Positions 24,901 to 38,290 of a stretch of 64,000 bases of DNA are shown in pieces. The DNA is taken from NCBI RefSeq assembly GCF_018350175.1, contig NC_058383.1, positions 8,992,001 through 9,056,000 of the forward strand. Direction: 5' to 3'. The position numbers and the translations under genes are program-made. The notes below the pieces were generated by a model that was not told the DNA's origin, did not search any database, and was given only the letters and a program-made list of their open reading frames with translations. This DNA is from Felis catus. Lineage: Eukaryota. Numbering within the stretch: the stretch's first letter is position 1; every line of letters begins with the position of its first letter.

Positions 24901-25770
24901 TTTCCTGATTTTTCATATGTCAAGTAACTGTCTACTGTATCCTGGGCATTTTGAATACTCTATCATGAGGCTTTGGTCTTGTTGATACTTATTTTAGCAG
25001 GCAGGCGGCCTGGTTCTCGCCAGCCTTCTGTAGGTTGTGGTTGCGGCTCCAGTGTCGGTTGGGTTCTCAGAGCATTTGGTATGATGACTAGGGCCACATC
25101 CATACGTGTGCTTGTCAACGTGAGCCCAGGGATTCGGGAGGTTCTAATCTTTTTCTCCGTGACTGCTCCTCTACTCTCCGGATCCCTAGGACTCTCCTTT
25201 TCAGAACTCCAGGCAGAAAGCCGGGCTTTAGTTACCACTCTGGTTCGTCCTTCCTCCAGTTGCCCCTGCATCCAGGGCGGAGGGGGAAAGCGGCAGGCTT
25301 GCCCGGCTATCTTAGGACCCACAGCTCCTCTGATGGGAGAGAAAGGCTCCCCTCTTTTGAAGTGTTTGTGCCAGCAGGCCCCCGTTGCCGCCGCGGTTGC
25401 TGTTGCCGCTGTGACTCTGGCAGAATGGCCTGGGAGCTAGGGTGTGAGAGAACGGAGAACAAAGAAGCACAGAATTTCCCTTACTCTGAGCATCGGGAAC
25501 CCCCTTTCTTACTCCTCAGACTACATGCGGAGGGTTTCTTGTGTTCTGTCTGCGCCCAGGCTTCACTTCTGCATGTTGAACATCTGAGTCTGGACTGAGG
25601 GATACTGGAGTGGGGAAAAACCCTAGGAATTCAAAACCGTTCCAGTGGCACTTTGTAGGCTGGTCTTTTTCCGCAGTCTGCTTGCTTCTCAAGAGTCCAT
25701 CATTCTGTCCAGGTCCTGTCACTATATTCAGTGGAGAGAAGGAGTCCGTGTGCTTGCTTTATCTTACCTG
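21960..25770 (-). mobile_element. Decayed ancient L1M/HAL1 5' and ORF1-region fragments with younger insertions (SINEs at ~22893 and ~23832; L1 3' tail 24340-24540 on +)
   Basis: T-rich antisense L1-like sequence and the L1M 5'-end motif tttccagagttctgaaaaagttggttttgaca. The young L1 tail has TSD tttggaaaaatttt at ~24326 and ~24544. Confidence 0.65.
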
Positions 25771-27647
25771 GAATCTTCTATTTGTTTTTTGTTTTGTTTT
25801 GTTTTTAATTCAAACACGGACTTTAGCTCTTTTGCATTTTAACTTGCTGCTCTTGGCTCTGTTGATTCAGGTTCCAAAATCCTTTTGAATTCATATCCTG
25901 AAATCAGCATGTTGCCTACCATGTCTTTCTGATGTTGTCATAGGAAGATTTGATAAACATAATTCCCTTGTCATTGATAAAAATGTTGAACCAGACTGAG
26001 CCTGGGTGGGGGCCAGAGCCCTTTAACATCCACAGGAGAGTTCCTCCTTGTAGGCTGGCAGGAACTGGTTTGTTAAAACTCTTAGTGTGGAGTTAATTCT
26101 CCCACTAAGAAATCCACCAGACTCCCTCTTCTTTCCTCTTACCAACAGACGTGGCATAAGAAACTAAGTGGTAATATGAGATCATGGAGTGAGTGTAGTA
26201 GAGGTAAGTTCTAGAGTTAGCTCTCCCTCTGGCTCACCCTGACCTCAAACATCTGGGTTCTCTTATTTGAAATTTCTTTTTTAGCTTATAACTGATAAGC
26301 TCTTTCTCGATCTAAAATTCTGTAGTTTGATAACTTTGCCAAATGCCTTGCTGTAATTACTATATTTGGGGGCGTGGGGTGGTCCCTCACCAGTGAGTCT
26401 AAAAACTCTTTCAGAACAAGAAACAGGTGTTAGTTTGTACTTAATGAACGAACCTGTATTGGGTCTTTGGAATGGCATATAAACTTTTTAGTAATCGGTT
26501 CTATAATTGAAGGGGACCAGTGGCACCATCACAGAGCTGGGGCCTCTTGAATCCTCCTTTTCTAACCTCTTCTAGACATTTGGTGCACCTGACTGTACAG
26601 TTTTCTGTCGCCTTTCTTTAATTTGCCCGAGGCTATGAAGTGTATTTGAGATCTTACAGCAGGCTTTAGTGTTTTCGGGGAGATTTCATCTGGAGCCTCC
26701 AGCCTCTTTATAGCAGCCTTGTGCCCTCTCCCTGGGTCTCCGCCTATCTTAAACTTCAGTTCTATCAAAAAGACAGATGTTTGTCATAATGCCACATCCT
26801 GGAGTCACACCACAGTAACACGGTGTTTTCTCAAGCCGAGGGTGTGATCTTCACTCGCTAAGTCATGCAGTTACATTTGAGGCTGCAGCTGTCATTTTTC
26901 CAGACATCAATAGAACAGACTAGAAATTGTCAGAGTGCATCACATTCTTGTTAAGTATTTGTGAAATTTTCTTTCAGATTCTGAAAGAATAGTGTCAGCT
27001 ATGGGCTGCAGACCAACAAATTTGAAAATCATTGTTCAGATTCATGGGCCCTGCTCTTATGCTTAATTGTGAAGTTAGCACCTGTACGTACTAAACAGTG
27101 ATCAGTAATAATACATAGTTGTGTGTGCTTGGTACCAGTGAGCAGGATAGAGTGCTGGTCATAAAGACAGTGTGTGTGCCTTTTACTGTGCCTTCTCAGT
27201 TTCCTTCCTTATTTTTCATATTGTGAAAGACAAAATAGATCTTGTTGTCTGATTGAAATGAATAGAAACTTAATGTGGTGATACCGAGTTGTGCCACAAG
27301 GTGGCTTCTGTGCACCGCTGGGTTCTTGATGGGCTTGGACTGAAATCGGTCCAGCTTTTTAGGCCCTTCTAAAAAGCAGCAAGGGACAGCTGGCTACGAG
27401 TTCCATTCTGTTGTTCACGAGGAAATCTCCCCGTTTGTTGTCCTTGCCGGTCCAGTAATTCAGTGAAGACACCCTGTAGTGCAGTCTGAACAACACCACG
27501 GGATGGCATTAAGCCAGTCTGGATTTTTGAAACCTTGAACTCCTGGAACGATGTGTCTAACACCAATGTTACTTGTCCTGACATAGGCCTCCCTATCAAA
27601 GAAACCCAGGGTGGCCTCAGGTGATTTGTTGTTAGGTATGCCAAGAG

Positions 27648-28080
27648 CAGTTTCTCATCCTCTCTGCTATCCTGCCATCAACGTTTTGGGCTGAAAAATT
27701 CTTTGCTGGGAGGGGCTATATCCTGTTCACTGTGGGATGTTTAACTCTACCTGCTAGAGGCCAGTAGGACCCACTGTTACCTAGGTTACTGACAATCAAA
27801 AAGGTCTCCAGACTGGGGTGCCCGGGTGGCTCAGTCGGTTAAGCATCCAACTCTTGATTTTGGCTCAGGTCATGGTCTCACGGTTTGTGAGTTCAAGCCC
27901 CACATCAGGCTCTGCACTGCCGGTGCGGAGCCTGCTTGGGATTCTCTGTCTCCCTCTCTCTGTCTGCCTCTCCCCCACACGCTGTCTCTTGAAAATAAAT
28001 AAAACTTAAAAAAAAAAAAAAAGGTCTCCAGACATTGCCAGTGGGGAAGGGGGGACAAAATTGCCCCGGTCAAGACTCAC
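27648..28080 (-). mobile_element. MER20 hAT element split by a + strand CanSINE (27814-28020)
   Basis: Reverse complement reads ggggcaattttgtcccc...tggcaatgtctggagac...ttgattgtca, the MER20 hallmark. SINE TSD aaaaaggtctccagac at 27798 and ~28018. Confidence 0.85.
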
Positions 28081-28247
28081 GTCAACTGGTGTGTTCAGAA
28101 GGAACTCAATATATGTTTTGGATTGAACTGTTTGTTTCAGTGCCAAAATTCTTATACGCGCTATGTTGAGAAACTATTCGTATTGTTTGTGTCTTTTGAG
28201 AATAAAGATAATATATGGTCATTTTAGAAATTTTTGGAATATGCAGA

Positions 28248-28478
28248 CAGTTCATGATCTCAAGGTTTGTGAGCTCGAGCCCTGCCACTTGCGCTCACTC
28301 ACTCGCTCTCTCTTTCTCAAAATTAATCAATCAATTGATTAAAAAAAAGAAATCTGGGGGCCTGGGTCGTTTCATCATTGAAGCGTCTGACTCTCAGTTT
28401 TGGCTCAGGTCATGATCTCACAATTTTGTGAGTTCCCCCACATCAGGCTCTGTGCTGACAGTGCAGAGCCTGCTTGGG

Positions 28479-28519
<41 letters not shown>

Positions 28520-29397
28520 GCCCCTCCCCAGCTCACACTGTCTCTGGATTTCAAAATAAATAACTTTAAAAAAATAAAAATTTTTGGAATATGCAGAAAA
28601 GAATAAAGTCAAAACTTTAATCCTGGGGCTCCTGGGTGGCTCAGTTGGTTGAGTCTCCGACTTTGGCTCAGGTCATGATCTTGGGGTTTGAGTTTGAGCC
28701 CCGCATCGGGCTCTGTGCTGACAGCTCAGAGCCTGGAGCCTGCTTGGGATTCTGTGTCTCCCTCTCTCTCTGCCCCTCCCCCACTCACGCTCTGTCTGTC
28801 TCTCTTTCAAAAAATCAATAAACATTAAGAAAACACACACAAAAAAAAACTTTAATCCTTACTGAAAATAGTGACTTTAACACTGTAATGACATGTTTTT
28901 TAATCCCAGTTTTTAAGTGTATATTATATAAATCCATTTATATAAATGCTATATTTATAGTTATTCTAGTTTTATCACATAACATTGTCTCATAAATATT
29001 TTCCCACATCCTTACAATTCAGTAGTACAAGGAAGGATTTTTTTTTTTCCTAGTCTATTCTTTCATTTGTTCTTTTAAAAAGTTAATACTAGTTTTGGGG
29101 CACTGACTGGCTCAGTCAGAAGAGCCTGTGGCTCTTGACCTCGGGGTCATGAGTTCAAGCCCCATGTTGGGTACAGAGATCACAAAGACCAATAAATTTT
29201 AAAAAGTTGGGGCACCTGGGTGGCTCAGTTGGTTGAGCATCTATCTGACTTCGGCTCAGGTCATGATCTCATGGTTTGTGGGTTTGAGCCCCATGTCAGG
29301 CTCTGTGCTGACAGCTTGGAAACTGGAGCCTGCTTGGGATTCTGTGTCTCCCTCTCTGTCTCTGCCCCTCCCCCACTAGTGCTCTGTCTCCCTCCCT

Positions 29398-29441
<44 letters not shown>

Positions 29442-31810
29442 AATAAATAAAATGTAAAAAAAAAATTAAAAAACTAAAATTAAAAAAAATTTTTAAGTAA
29501 AAAATAAAAAGTATCCGTTTCAGTTACACTCAATGGCATTTACTTAGTATTCCTAAAATATGTGAATAAAGTCAGATTCCTGGATTTTAAAATGTTATGT
29601 AAACAATAGTATAGCACTAATGCAAACAGCTCAAATGTTATCCTAGTAAAGCCTCTTTCTGTTCTTTTGCTCCAGTCTCTTGCCACATGCACGTGTCATT
29701 TGTATGTAGTTACAGTTTTCTGTTTTGCTTATTTTATTTAATATTGTGAGAATTTCCAGTCCTTCCTAATTTTTTCAGTGACTGATGACATCCAGCAGTT
29801 GACATGCTATGATACGTCTAACCTTTTTCCCTTTTGTTAGACATTAGCTTGATTTGGTTTTTGTCTTCTTTAGAAGACACGTTAGCGACTATTATATACC
29901 TGTCTCCCTTCCCCCTTTATGGTTTATTTCCTTAAGATCCATTTCTAGCAGTGGGAATTACTAGATCATCGAATCTAAAAAGATTCCGTGCCTCTTGAAA
30001 TACGCTACTCTCCAAAGGAGTAGTTCCAGTTGTTACTGTCACCTACAGAATACAGTGGGGTACACTTCTGCCATATCCTTGCCAGCGCTGGCTTTTAAAA
30101 AATTGTTCCTCCAGGGGCACCTGGGTGGCTCAGTCAGCTAAGTGTCTGCCTGTTGCTTTGGGCTCAGGTCACGATCTCACGGTTTGTGAGTTAGAGCCTC
30201 GCATTGGGCTCTATGCTGACAGTGCAGAGCCTGCCTGGGATTCTGTCTCTCCTTCTCTCCCTGTCTCTCCTTCTCTCCCTGTCTCTCCCCTGCTTGCTCT
30301 GTCTCTCTCAAAATAAATAAATAAACTAAAAAAAAAGTTTTATGTTCCTCCGCATGGATAAGAATGTGACTTCAAACAAAATTCATCTGAGTCAATTTGA
30401 GGATCAAATTGGCTTAATTTTAAGCGATACATGAAACTGACACCATCCCATCTAGCAAGTGGAGAGATGCCCCCAGGAGGTGTACAAAATGGAAGGTTTT
30501 TATTGGAAGGAGGGTCAGGCAAGAAGATACAAGCAAAAGAAAAGAAAGGATTGTTTCAAGCTGGGAAATCTTTGTGGGGAGGGCAAAAGGGAATGGCAGG
30601 GTTTTTATCATTCAGATGACCTCTCCCGTGTAGATCTGGAAATTTCAGGTCCACTGTTTAAAAGTCACATTCCTGGCATAGGTTGAAACTGTCATTAAGT
30701 CTTGTTTGCTGTCGTTGGGGGGGGGGGGGGGGCGGCAAATGACTCAATTTTGGGCTTCTTTTTTCTTTTTTAACATTATGTAATACCAGGGGCACCTGGC
30801 TGGCTCGGTCGGTAGAGCATGTGACTCTTGATCTCAGAGTCATGAGTTCAAGCCCTGGGGGTAGAGTTTACTTAAAAAAAATTACAATAGCTAACGTTTA
30901 TTGAAAATGTATTATGTACCCCCAGCTGTACGAGCTTTGTGAATATTAACATGATCCTCCCGACGACCCTGAGAGACAGGCACTGTGGTATCCCCAGTTT
31001 ACAGTTGAGGGACCTTAGGCACCAGACAGTGCTGGCACCCACAGAGCCGGAGGGAGGGAGGGAGGGGACAGGGCAGGATTTGACCGCAGGTGATGCGGCT
31101 CCACGTTCCGTGTTTACCCACGAGGTGACCCTGCTTGAGATCTAGTCAGCAGCTCCCGCGTTCCCAGCTCTTCCTTTCCAGCCTCTCCACCGGTTGGGTC
31201 TGGCCACTCCCTTCCAGCGGGTCTCTGCCCTCGCCAGCTGTACCCCTCTGTTCTCCACCTCACTTCACGCGCTCCGGGCTCTGCGCTCTTTCCTTTTTCC
31301 CGCCCCCTGAATCCCCCTCTGCCCAAAGGGCTTGTAGTCATCCCCCACCTTCCTCTTGCCATGTTTTCTCTCTTTGTAAAGCCTTACCTAACCTCGCTCC
31401 TCAACCTAACCAAACTGCCCCCTCCACCTTGCTCCCAGAGGGTGCTGCACATGCTTACTCGGTTTATAGAATCTGCTAAATCCTGTAATGCAGTTGTCTA
31501 TTGAAGGAGCCAGGATCGGGCTGTCCCAAGATGGGGCACGTTGGCAGGAACATTATTTTGAGTTTGTTAACCTTAAAAATAAAAATTGCTGGTAATCTGG
31601 GGCGCCTGGGTGGCTCAGGTGGTTGAGCGCCTGACTTCAGCTCAGGTCATGATCTCACAGTCCATGAGTTTGCGCCCCACGTTGGACTCTCGGCTGACAG
31701 CTCAGAGCCTGGAGCCTGCTTCAGATTGTGTCTCCCTCTCTCTCTGCCTCTCCCCTGCCCATGCTCTGTCTCTCTCTGTCTCAAAAATAAATAAAAACAT
31801 TTAAAAAAAA
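28248..31810 (+). mobile_element. Run of about 8 sense-strand CanSINEs (~28248, 28355, 28624, 29097, 29208, 30113, 30788, 31598) plus a MIR at ~30890-31120
   Basis: SINE heads, CT tracts and A tails. TSDs such as aaaactttaatcct at 28611 and 28846. Confidence 0.88.
30365..30700 (-). mobile_element. ERV1 (MER34/MER4-group-like) LTR fragment
   Basis: Minus strand aataaaaaccttccattttgtac...ctagatgggatgg...aagccaatttgatc...aaattgactcagatgaattttgttt...CA resembles a MER34-group U5 end. Confidence 0.55.
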
Positions 31811-32611
31811 TTGCTAGTTATCTTAGCAGCCAAAAGGCGGTTATTTGGAAATAGAAAAGAACCGCAGTCGGGGCAGACAAGCTGCAGAAAACCATAGGCA
31901 AGTCTGGGGAACAAAGGCGAGGTAATGCTTTTTTAAGAGGACAGGGGTAAGTTGGGAAGGCCGTTACAAACCGGAAGTCCAGTGGAGTAAACTGAGAATT
32001 CAAAGTATGGTGGCTTCTCAGTGGCTGGGCTTTTGGGGGGATACACAGGAAAGCATTTCTTCCTCTGCCTGGGATAGAAGAGTAGTAACCGCGTGCAAAG
32101 TCAAGCCCATCTCTCCCTGTTGGGTCTGCAGCTGACCTTGAATGGTAAGGTGTGAGACCTCCCCCTGCCAAAACCCCTCAACTCCATTTTGGTGAGGTTT
32201 CCTGTTACTAGTTTTCATAAGTTAAAAGCAACCAAAACCTAGCAGATTCAGGAAAAGCTCTTTACCTCCCCCCTCAACTGCCTGCTCTGTCAGGAAGAGA
32301 GCTATTAATAGAGATTCCTCATTACTAAGAAATTATCTGCACAATAGGACAACCTTTGTTTTCGAAACATCTCCTATTACCTTCCTGCTAACGGTTTTCC
32401 GCCTCTTTGTATCCTCAGGCTCCTGCCCTCTCCTATGCTCAGGATGTCACTCAAGCCTTCATATTGCGTGTTCTTGGAATTTTGTATCTGTCTGGATTCC
32501 CCATACATACAAAACTAAATTTGATTTTCTCCTATTACTGTCCCATGTCAATTTGATTCTTAATCCAGCTAGAGGGACCTTGAAGGGCAGAAGAAATTCT
32601 TCCTCCCAACA
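31566..32611. mobile_element. Two adjacent ERV1-type LTR remnants (~31566-32218 on -, ~32220-32611 on +)
   Basis: ctccattttggtgaggtttcc is an LTR-start-like motif on -. atgtcaatttgattcttaatccagctagagggaccttgaagggcagaagaaattcttcctcccaaca is a MER34-like LTR end on +. Confidence 0.55.
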
Positions 32612-32649
32612 CTATTCAGCTGTCCCAGTTCCATGAATGTGGTACAGTG

Positions 32650-35600
32650 TCCTTTTTTTTTTTTTTAATAAAAACTTTTTAACATGGTTTTAGATTTACA
32701 GAAAAAGTGCAAAAATAGTACAAAGGATTTCCATATACTCAGCTTCCTTTGTTATTAACATCTGAAGTTAACCGTTCCTTTGTCACAATTAATGAACCAA
32801 TTATTGATAGATATATTAAAGTCCATACTTTATTCAGACCTCTTTAGTTTTCACCTCTAATGCCTTTTTCTTGTTCCAGAATCCCATCCAGGATATCACG
32901 TTACATTCAGTCACAGTTTCTCAGACTTTGCTTGTTTTTTGCCTTTGAGAGTTTTGAGGGTCTGGTGTCCTGTAGAGTGTCCCTCGATTGGGATTGGTCT
33001 GATATTTTTCTCATGATGAGACTGGAGTTACTTATTTTGGGGAGGAAGGCCAAAGAGGTGAAGTTCCATTCTTAATGACATCATGTCAAGGCTGTATACT
33101 GTCAAGATGACTGGCCCTATTGATGTGTTGACCTCGATCACCTGGCTGAGGCAGTGCTTGTCAGGATTGCCTACTGTAGATTCACTCCTTTTCCCTCCTT
33201 CCCACACTGTATGTACATTTTGGGAAGAAGTCACTATGTGCAGCCCGCACGTATGGAGTGGGGGATTATGCACCCTCTCTGTGTGGGTGGGAATGCTACA
33301 TGAATTATTGGAAATCCTTCACAGATTTGTCTCTTCTCCCCTGTTTGTCTATTTATATCAATATGGACTTGTGGATATTTATTTTATACTTTAGGTCGAA
33401 TCCAGTACCACTTTATTTATTTTGTTACTCAAATTGTTACAGCTTTGGCCATTGGGGGCACTTTGCTTTGGCTCCTGTGTCCCTTTTACATACTCCTGTT
33501 ATTGTGGGATTTAGGTGGGGTTTCCTTCCTTCCTTCCTTCCTTCCTTCCTTCCTTCCTTCCTTCTTTCCTTCCTTCCTCCCCCCTTCCTCCCTCCTCCCT
33601 CCCTCCCTCCCTCCCCCCTTCCCCCCTTCCCCCCTTCCCCCCTTCCCCCCTTCCCCCCTTCCTCCCTTCCTGCCTTCCTCCCTCCCTCCCTCCCTCCCTT
33701 CCTTCCTTCCTTCCTTCCTTCCTTCCTTCCTTCCTTCCTTCCTTCTTTCCTTCCTTCCTCCCCCCTTCCTCCCTCCTCCCCCCTTCCTCCCTCCTCCCTC
33801 CTCCCTCCCTCCCTCCCTCCCCCCTTCCTCCCTTCCTCCCTTCCTCCCTTCCTCCCCCCTTCCTCCCTTCCTCCCTTCCTCCCTTCCTCCCTTCCTCCCT
33901 TCCTGCCTGCCTGCCTTCCTCCCTCCCTCCCTCCCTCCCTTCCTCCCTTCCTCCCTCCCTCCCTCCCTCCCTTCCTTCCTTCCTTCCTTCCTTCCTTCCT
34001 TCCTTCTTTCCTTCCTTCCTCCCCCCTTCCTCCCTCCTCCCTCCTCCCTCCCTCCCTCCTCCCTTCCTCCCTTCCTCCCTTCCTCCCTTCCTCCCTTCCT
34101 CCCCCCTTCCTCCCTTCCTCCCCCCTTCCTCCCTTCCTCCCTTCCTCCCTTCCTCCCTTCCTCCCTTCCTCCCTGCCTGCCTGCCTGCCTTCCTCCCTCC
34201 CTCCCTCCCTCCCTTCCTCCCTCCCTCCCTCCCTCCCTTCCTCCCTTCCTCCCTCCCTCCCTCCCTGCCTGCCTGCCTGCCTGCCTTCCTTCCTTCCTTC
34301 CTTCCTTCCTTCCTTCCTTCCTTCCTTCCTGGCTCTACAAGCTATTCCAGACTTACCTCATGTATTTCCTGCCCCAGACCTAGAAGCAGCCATTTCTCTG
34401 AGGAGTCTTGGTTTGTTTTATTGGGGAACGGTAGTACAAACCGAGATCTGGGGGTTAGGTGTGCTCTTCGCTACTGGGGTGTGGTTGTTTGTAGGCCAAG
34501 GAAAAGTGCACGTGTACTGACCAGTGTATAAGTGCATTTTTATAGTTATTTCTATATATAACCATCTGTATTAATCTATATTTCACTCAAGGTGAGTTTA
34601 TCTCGATGTCTCCAACCCTAATTCATTGCCACATGGATCATTCCAGCCTTCTCACTTGTTTGCCTATAACCTCCCACTTGTGACAGTGAGTAACCTGGCC
34701 CCTACTACCTACTGTTCAGTTATTCAGTTGTTCAGTTCCGATGGACGTGGATCGTGGCTCAGAATTGGTAACCGGTTACCCGTGCAACACAACTTTTATC
34801 AGCTGGTGCGGTGTTACGCACAGTTCCTTTGCCTTTGGTCTTACAGACACCACCGTATCCAAAAGTATGTCGGGGCGGCACCCCACCCCCTTCACAGAGG
34901 TTGTTTCCTCCATTTGTTATACAGTTGGATTCATGTGCCACTTTTTGCATTCATCCTGGGATCCTTGACATCCTAAATAACTCTTTACATTTGCACACGT
35001 TAAGATTGATTCTTTGTGCTGTGAAGTCCTGTGAGTTTTGACGAAGGCACGACGTCACGTGTTCACTATTACAGTATCACGCGGAATAGCTTCACTGCCT
35101 TAAAAAGAATCCCCTGTGCTTCACCTCTCCAGCCTCCTGCCACCCACAGTCCCTGGCAGCCTCGATCTCTTCACCGTGTTCCACAGTACCAGATAGCCGG
35201 GGTCCCGCAGCATGCAGCCTTCTCAGACTGGCTTCTTTCACTCAGAGAAATACGTTTAAGATCCATCCATGCTTTGGCCCGGCTCTATAGCTCATTCCTT
35301 TTTATTGTGGAATAATATTCCACCATTCCGTCGTACGGATACACCATGGTTTCTTTGTCCATTCGTCTATTAAAGGACATCTTGGTGGCCTTCTGTTTCT
35401 GGTGATCGTGATGAAAACCTCTACAAACACTTCTGTGTGACTTTTGTGTGGATGTGTTTCCAGGTCAGTTGACTGTGTACCTAAGAGGTGATTGCTGGGT
35501 CACATGATAAGCGCGTGTAGCCGCATAAGAAACTGACGGACGGTCTGCAGAACAGCTGTTCCGTGTCACCGTCCCTCCAGCAAGTGAGAGCTGCCAATGT

Positions 35601-35700
35601 TGCACATCCCCGCCAGCAATTGGTAGCGTCAGTTTGCATAATTGAGCCATTCTGGGCTGTGTGTTGTGGTGTCTTGTTGTTTTCATTTGGGACAGCATCT
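32650..35700 (-). mobile_element. Ancient L1MC/ME-type 3' fragments hosting the CT-rich repeat
   Basis: tttagatttacagaaaaagtgcaaaaatagtaca..., ccagaatcccatccaggatatcacgttacatt, ctggcttctttcactcag and similar motifs are typical antisense L1M 3' sequence. Confidence 0.7.
33522..34329. repeat. ~800-bp compound polypyrimidine satellite (CCTT/CCCT/CCTG/CCCCCTT units)
   Basis: The + strand has no A and only occasional G. It produces the 312-420 aa Pro/Ser/Leu/Phe pseudo-ORFs in all three frames. Confidence 0.98.
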
Positions 35701-36067
35701 TTCTGAATTCTTAGGTCCTAGATACTAAACACAGTAGTAATGAGCACTTCGTTTTTTATTTCTTTACTATGTTGAAAGATGGAGCGAGTGAAATAATTTT
35801 ATTGAATTACCAAAGGACTCGAATGTGCACCAGACTCCTAGGTTTCTTCTCTTTGAGAGCAACGCTTCTAGGCCCTGACATGTTTCCCACACATAGGAAT
35901 CAGTTGTGTTTACTATTAGGTGAGGTACCACATTTTCAGGGGTTTTTCCATCACAAGGGATGATTCGAGCCCTCCTCTTCTTGTTAGCATCTCAGGCTTC
36001 CAAAACACCCATTGCACAAACACCCAGGTTAGTCAGCATCTCACGGTTTCTTCAAGATCAGAGCTGA

Positions 36068-36943
36068 AGGGACACCTGGATGGCTCAGTTGGTTGAGCAT
36101 CTAACTTGATTTCAGCTCAGGTCATGAACTCAACAGGTAGTGAGATCAAGCCCCGAGTTGGGCTCCACACTGACAGCACAGAGCCTGCTTGGGATTCTCT
36201 CTTTCTCTGTCTCTCTGTCTCTCTGTCCCTCCTGCATATGTGCGCTGTCTCTCGCTCACTCTCTTAAAATAGCTTTAAAAAAATAATAAAAAGTAGAAAT
36301 AAAATAGGTTTAAATAGAAATTTTTAAAAAAAGATCAGAGTGGAAGATCAAATCCTGCGCTCCTGTCCTGTGTTCAGACCTGTGCAGGGGTGGTTGGTGG
36401 TTCTTAACCTTGAGACGGACAGAATATGGGCTCCGCGTTGGAGCCCACGTTCTAGAGCAGGACTCCCAGCTGGTATGTGGGGAAGGGGCTACAAGCGGCA
36501 AAGACTCTGCCTCCTTGTTCTTCAGGGTGGAGACCGAGTGCCCAAGGTCTTGTAGGCATCGCGCCGTGTGCCATAGAAATAACGTCCTTTTCCGTTGAGT
36601 GCTGTGCTCAGAGAGCTGAGGGGTAGCATCTGGGGCTCAGAGCCGGGTTTTCAGTCCATCTCTAGCTTTTCATCGTCTTTCCATGGTATGCGTCTCTCCC
36701 TCTCTCTCTTTTTTTTTTTTTTAACTATGGTGAAATAACATTTACCTTTTTTTTTTTTTTTTTTTTTTTTTTGAGAGAGAGTGTGCAAGTGAGTGAGGGT
36801 GGAGAGAGAGAGAGAACCCCACGAGGGGCAGAGAGAGAGAGAGAAGCAGGGCCCAAGCTCACCCAAGGTAGGACTCGAATTCACAAACCGTGAGATCGTG
36901 ACCGAAGTCAGATGCTTAACCAACTAAGCCACCCAGGCGCCCC
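36068..36943. mobile_element. Two CanSINEs (+ ~36068-36300; - ~36748-36943)
   Basis: SINE bodies. The second has TSD taacatttacc at ~36736 and ~36945. Confidence 0.88.
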
Positions 36944-38290
36944 TTAACATTTACCATCTTAACCAGTTCAGTGGTGTTAAGTACTTTCTCATGGTGCCGC
37001 CATCCGTCTCCAGAACTCTTCATCTTGTGAAACGGGAACTGTATCTATTCAACCCTGACTCCCCCTTCTCCCTCCTGCCAGCCCCTGGCACCCACCCATT
37101 TACTCTCATCTCCGAGAATTGGACTACTGTGAGCACCTCACAGAAGAGGACCCAGAGGTATCTTTTTCTCTGGTTTATTTCACTTAATGTCGTGTCCTCA
37201 AGTTTTCTGTCAGGCGTCACAATGTCCCTTTCTAAGGCTGACTGGTATTCCAGTCACAGACCACAGACCACACCCTGCTTGTCCACTCAGTGTGCTCACC
37301 TCACTCCTGTCTCCTTCTCGTTATGCTTTTGCCTCAGTTTCCCTGTGCACTTGCGCATGCAAGGTAGGCCGAGTCCTAGAGAATCAGTCAGGTTAGAGGC
37401 CTGGGTCTTACCAATTATGACACGCTGAGTAGCAGTTACTTAATCTCTCTGAACCCCACTCCTCATCCGTGAACTGGATCTCTTGTCGTGGGACTTGTCC
37501 AGAGACTTCTGTTAGAGTGAAGCAAGGCGCTGCGTGGCGAGGTGTTCCGTGCTCACTGTTTGTACTTTCGGCAGGAGGTTGAGGAGGAGGAGGAATACCC
37601 GAAAGTCATTAAATCTGAGAGGTTTCCACCCACTGCCGTGAGTGCTCTTTAGTGTCGCGTCCCAGGGTGTGCAGGTGAATCGTAGGCTCTGCTGTGTCCT
37701 GGGCACCCCACACCTCCTGCCTTGAAGCTCTCTGTCTGATGCGGTGATGACAGCGTAGCAAAGCTCCGGGTGCCTTGTGCTCTGGGGGTGCTGGGCTGAG
37801 CTCCTGTGCGTCTGCAGGGAGGAGGTCCGTAGGCGGGCCCGGGGAGCCCACTGTGCCCGCAAGGGGCTGGAGGACCCGGCTGCTTTGGTGGCCCTGGCTC
37901 TGCTGTTCCAGCTCTCGCCCACTGCCCTGCTCCCGCGGAGAGGAGAGAGGAGGAGGAGTTGGGAATAAGTTGTCTCTCTGCTCTGCTGTCGGCCAGCTCA
38001 GCTGCACTGTGGGTACCGGCAGTCGTGCCGGGGAAGCACTGGAATTCAGAGCTGCACGTGGAGTGTCAAGAGAGAAGGTTTCTGGGTCTGTGGGAAGAGC
38101 AGGGAAGCTGGCCTGTTTGTTGTGGGCAGAGCCCTCTGCTACACAGTTTTCGAATCCTTTTGTGGACTGTAGTGAGAGCTTGAGACCTCCACAGGAGCAT
38201 TGTCAGCCTAGTGTTAAATGCTAGAGGGCTGGCCGGGGACATCATGCTGCCGTGTTGACAGACCTGGGTGGCGGGGGGCATATAAAAAGG

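Noticed and set aside
26820..27040. Possible hAT-Charlie MITE remnant
   Set aside because: The termini are suggestive but too decayed to name or delimit without a Dfam search.
33258..34531. Three long ORFs (420, 312 and 338 aa), Pro/Ser/Leu/Phe-rich
   Set aside because: They are artefacts of the A-free CT satellite, which cannot contain stop codons; all three frames are open.
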